From Ministeria vibrans ATCC 50519 (taxonomy: Eukaryota > Protista > Filasterea): 64,000 nucleotides of DNA. The stretch covers positions 83,430 to 147,429 of the forward strand of contig CALSCP010001679.1 in assembly GCA_943704425.1 (NCBI GenBank), read 5' to 3'. How positions within the stretch are numbered: position 1 is the stretch's first letter; each line of letters starts with the position of its first letter. The notes under the pieces were generated by a model. It worked only from the letters and a program-made list of their open reading frames with translations, did not search any database and was not told the origin of the DNA. Position numbers and translations under genes: made by a program. This document shows positions 59,533 through 64,000 of this stretch, piece after piece.

Positions 59533-62500
59533 CTCATTAGACAACGCCTTCTTCTCCCGGCCTCTCTCCTCTCCGTTGTGGGCCTTGCAAGTGGACCCAT
59601 CCACTCGTTGGCCTACAACGTCCGCGACTTCGACGGCTCAGTTTCAGAGACGACCATCAAAATTGCGCGAGTCGACTCGACCGTCACGGAACTCACATAC
59701 AATCTCTCTGCCATCGTCCTCTCGTTCACAACCGTCGCCGCGCTCACCAATCCTCCCTCTGGCATTGGCTGGCGCACCCACCTCTTCAACGTGCAGCCGT
59801 TTGTCTACGACGGACGAAGCGGGCTCGTGTTCGAGCTGTGTTTCCGCGCAAGTGCCGACGCGCGCCACTTGGTGCAGTCTGTGGACATTCCGGGAGGGAA
59901 CCTCGGCTTCTTTACCAAATCACTTGAACCTGCTTGCTCGGTGACGTCCAACCCCTTTCTTGTGCGCGACGCTCCTGTGTTGCGCCTCAACGCAACCGTA
60001 GTAGAGCCGCAGAGCGCCAACGCTCAGCTCTTCAGCTGTGTGTGTCTCGCAGGGTACACGGGAGCCGTGTGCGAGACGGACGTGGACGAGTGTGCGTCAA
60101 GTCCGTGCACCAACGGCGCCACTTGCACCGACGAAATCGACCAGATTACCTGCACGTGTCCACTTGGCTTTGTCGGCGCTGCGTGCGAGACGGACATTGA
60201 CGAGTGCGAGTCGTCGCCCTGCTCCAATGGCGGTTCTTGCTCTCAAGGTTCCAGCACCGACCTATTTCAGTGCTTTTGCGCGGCCGGCTTTACCGGAATT
60301 ATGTGCGAGACGGACTTGAACGAGTGTGCATCCAACCCTTGTGTCAATAATGGCACGTGCTCGCAGAGTAGTACACCCGATATGTTTGTGTGTGCGTGTC
60401 CAGCGGGCTTTACGGGTGTTTGCTGCGAGAGTGATGTCGACGAGTGTGCATCGTCACCCTGTGCCAACGGCGCATCGTGTTTGCACGCTGTTGGTGTTGA
60501 TGCTTTTGCCTGTGCATGTGCAACAGGCTTTACTGGCTCGCGGTGCGAGACTGACTTGGACGAGTGTGCCTCGTCGCCGTGCCTCAACGGAGCAGCTTGC
60601 CACCAGGGAGCGGCACCCAACTTGTTTGTGTGTGTGTGCTTGGGCGGCTACACAGGAGATGTGTGCGAGACGGACGTGGACGAGTGTGCGTCGAGTCCGT
60701 GCAGCAACGGCGCCACTTGCACCAACACAGTCAACCAGTTTATCTGTCTGTGTGCGTCTGGGTATTCTGGGAACCAGTGCGAGACGGACATTGATGAGTG
60801 TGCAAGCTCACCTTGCGATACGGGACGGTGTGAAAATGCTCTTGGTGGCTTCTTATGTCACTGCCCCGCTCGCTATGTGGGGCGCACTTGCAGTGTGGAA
60901 GAGATAGCGCCTTTACTTGTCGGTTCGTTTGCGGGAACCATTGCATTTATTGTCTTGGGTGTAGTTGCCTGGAAGCTCCAACAAAGATTCTACTGCTTTC
61001 TTAACATGCGCCAAGTGCACACATTTATGTTGCGTCTTTCACCGTCCATTTACCCAGAAGTGGACGACACCGGCCAAGGGCAACTCTTTTCTGTTGGCAG
61101 CAATGTTAACTCCTTTTTCATCCACCTTATCACTCCTTTGACTGTCATTAACCTACTATTCTGCAAAATTGTTGTACGGCCCACTCCGCAAAATACTAAT
61201 ATTCGGCTTATTCCTGGCGCCATAAAAGTAACCCGAAACTGCACTATTTTAAAATGCGAGCGCTTCAACGAAGTGGGAATAGCTGGGCCGTTTGTCGCCA
61301 AGATTTTGAAAAGCGAAAATCCTGAAGTCCTCGCTGCTAATAAGTAAGTCTTCAATGAATATTAATAATAATGACAGTACTATAATAATAATAATACTAA
61401 TTATTACTATTATTATTATTGTTATTATTATTATTATTATTAATTTATTCTTATAATTATTATTATTCTATTATTATTATTATTATTTCAAGAAATGAAA
61501 TTTCAATGACGCGACGATTGGGACTATTTTCCAAGTACTGTGTGCACATAATGGGATTTGCCAAGTGCCCAATCTTAAACAACATCACCGAGAAGATTAT
61601 TGTTATGCCGTTTTACCGCAACGGGTCTTTGGAGGTAAACAGAAACGACAAACACAAACAAGAATAAGGTCCATGTCCATTGTCCATGTCAACTTTCCTC
61701 ACATAATAATAATAAGAAGAAGAAGAAGAGGAAGAAGAATATAACCCATTAATTATTAATGATACAATCATGATAATAATCATGATAATAATAATAATAA
61801 TAATATTGTTATTGTTTTTTGCCTGGTTTGTATTTTTTTCAGAACTTTCTGTACACATCAAACCAAACGTCCACCGAAACCGTAAACTTTGAAAAACGGG
61901 TAAGGAACAACTGTGAACATTAAACAAAATATTGGACCTTTTGATTGGTGTTTGTAGCTTTCATTTGCCTGTCAGATTCTTGAGGCAGTGGCATATTTGC
62001 ACTCGTTCAAGATTGTGCATCGGTACCAAAAAGAATAAATTTAGAATGACTTACTTTCGTCTCTTGCGCTATAATTATGTACTGATTATCTTCATAGCGA
62101 TTTGGCGCTGCGCAATGTGATGGTAAGTGACGATGGTTTACGAGTTCTTCTCTTTGACTACGGCCTGTCGTGGTTAATCTCGGAGACTACAGACGGTGAA
62201 CGAATTAGGTAGCAACACACACAATTCTCCCATGAATCTCAAATCTAATTGAGATCTGCTTATATTTCTCCCATAGCGCTTCAGCATTGGCGCGCCTTCC
62301 ACCCGAAGCGGATCCATGGTTGAGGGATGTGTGCCATGCTCAAATTTCACTCAAGGACAATTTAGAGAAACAACTAGAGACGAGTTCCGAGGCGATATCA
62401 GACATGGTGATGAAGGAAAACAAAATCTACCGGCACGGTGTCACGTTGACCGCATCCGACATGTACAACCTCGGCATTCTATTGTGGTGCATGTTTCGTA

Positions 62501-63063
62501 CGAGTTCGCAATTGTCGTTGGAAGAACAGGAGAATGAGGGTATTGAGAGGTCAAAAATGCTGGTGAGTCAGCTGGTGCCGATCTGCAATGGCGACGGAGT
62601 AAAGTTGCCGGATTGTATGTCCTACTCGATTGACGAGCAAGTGCAGCCCAACGAACATCTCCGCAATCAGCTCAACGACCAAGGCGGGTTTTGTACGTTC
62701 CTGTAAGTTTACGGAACAACTAGCGCATTGTTATGACACGCAAAGAGAAAAAAGTTCTGACTTGCTAACGTTTTTTACCCACATATATAGCGAAATTGTT
62801 TTCCTGTGGTGTCATGTGACAAACCCACGCCAGCGCCCGTCTGCGTCGCGTCTTCTGGCGTATTTCCGTCAGTTCCAGTCGGAGAAACGGTGGAATGGCC
62901 TGAGGCTGAGGGACCCTGTGCAAGGCATGCCTGTGATAACCAGGCATCGCTCCACCAAAACTACGGAGGAGGAGGATGAAGCGTTTCGCGCATTCTTTAT
63001 CTATCAATGGGTAAACTAAATTATTCTATTTATTACTTTTCTTCTTCTTCTTCTTCTTCTTCT

Positions 63064-63143
<80 letters not shown>

Positions 63144-64000
63144 ACCTGTTTTCTCTCTCATTTCCTTCAGGAAAAGAAACAGGCCTGGAATTTGTTGCGC
63201 ACGGAGATTGGGAAGAAATATCCTTTAGCTCTTGAAATTCGCCAACTGGAGGAGAATCTAAGGAGAGAAAGGAGCAGATCACCCGCAGAAGCAATCAATA
63301 GAGAGCTCGAAAGCAAGCGAAGCGATTTTTTCAAAAAGGAGAAGGGTAAGAAGGGTAAGAACATACTAGGCCTCCTTGCAAGGAATTTCGAGACCCCCCT
63401 TCTCTTATGCGTCAAGCCCCGATCGGATCTCGCTTTTTACCTCGAGCCCGTCCCCCCCGAATCATCCGCCGTCGTGGCTGCCCCTCCTTTGTCTGACCCT
63501 CCTCGTTTTCCGCCTCCTGGCTCGGCTGGCCCTTCTTGTTCTCACCCATCTCCTCCTGCAACTTCTTCGGCCGCGAGGAAACCGACATCGAGTACTCCTC
63601 GCCCGCATCCATCTGTTTGCGACCGAATGCAGGCAGAGGGCAACTCATTCAACTCAAAGGCAAATGGTGATAACTGCAGCGAGGAGGCGGATCAGCAAAC
63701 ACCCACTCAGGACTCTAGACGTCTCAAGGGCAAGGCCCCGCGCAAAGCCACTTCTACATCTACCACTTTAACTGGCTCAGGTGACCCCATCGCATCACAG
63801 CAGCAGCCACCTGAGTGCCCTTCTTCTACACTCCCACCTTCAGTCTCAGCTGATCAAACGGTGGAGTCGTCCTCTTGTCTCTCACATCAGCATGCAACGG
63901 CTCTTGGTCAGCAAACCTCACACACCTCGAAGTGCAATAACATCCGCATGGAAGAGTTGACCGACTCCAAAGCTGATAAAGAGTTGACCGACTCCAAAGC
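59130..64000 (+). CDS. EGF-repeat receptor tyrosine kinase-like protein, 3' incomplete; exons 59130-59446, 59541-61343, 61493-61634, 61843-61899, 61958-62022, 62098-62207, 62277-62702, 62791-63010, 63171->64000
   Basis: Signal peptide MIHCVWVGLLFALA, 9 EGF domains (7 Ca-binding DxDEC-type) and TM LLVGSFAGTIAFIVLGVVAW. The spliced kinase reads FVAKIL, NEISM, IVMPFYRNGSLE, QILEAVAYLHSFKIVHR|DLALRNVMV, DYGLS, RLPPEA, SDMYNLGILLW and C..NPRQRP. A Pro/Ser tail stays open to the window end. Confidence 0.87.
61360..61490. repeat. (AAT)n/(TAT)n microsatellite-rich intron
   Basis: Seen directly; similar tracts at 61705-61810. Confidence 0.85.
63040..63136. repeat. (TTC)n plus (CT)n microsatellite in an intron
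   Basis: About 9 TTC followed by about 34 CT units. Confidence 0.95.
63952..64000 (+). repeat. Start of a 27-bp coding tandem repeat (ELTDSKADK)
   Basis: aagagttgaccgactccaaagc occurs twice, 27 bp apart, and is truncated by the window end. Confidence 0.7.

Noticed and set aside
59130-61347. Calling the EGF gene Notch, Delta or Crumbs
   Set aside because: No LNR/ankyrin, DSL or laminin-G domains are present, and the cytoplasmic part splices into a kinase.
1-64000. tRNA, rRNA or transposase/reverse-transcriptase genes, or an alternative genetic code
   Set aside because: None were recognised by eye. TAA, TAG and TGA all terminate well-supported genes. Small ncRNAs cannot be excluded without covariance-model searches.

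Overview
Eukaryotic genomic window in the standard genetic code, with GC-rich exons, short AT-rich GT-AG introns and three N gaps. The organism is probably a flagellated protist; CCDC113 plus an HRDLAxRN receptor kinase hint at Holozoa/Amorphea, but taxonomy cannot be fixed from sequence alone. All gene models were assembled by hand from splice sites and reading-frame continuity, and domain calls come from motif recognition, not database searches. The housekeeping-type genes are CCDC113/CFAP263, a GRIP golgin, PRKRIP1, Angel, a YrhK-like membrane protein and a CcdA/DsbD-like membrane protein. Three things stand out. (1) Two NLR-like STAND NTPase genes lie about 8 kb apart. One is a 16-exon Schlafen(AlbA_2) nuclease-STAND fusion with no sensor repeats, which the ORF track shows only as fragments. 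The other is an intronless caspase-NB-ARC-TPR gene whose 15 near-identical 126-bp repeats vary mostly at a few codons and which ends in a CaaX box. (2) A head-to-head pair of giant surface/secreted protein genes (about 3,405 aa and 8,965 aa) is separated by 187 bp and shares an FN3/Ig-like repeat. The larger is a single 26.9-kb ORF with a lipid-transfer-like N-terminus, VWA domains inserted inside EGF domains, a furin-flanked cationic amphipathic helix, a TM helix and an NPxY tail. (3) An atypical EGF-repeat receptor tyrosine kinase runs off the right end.
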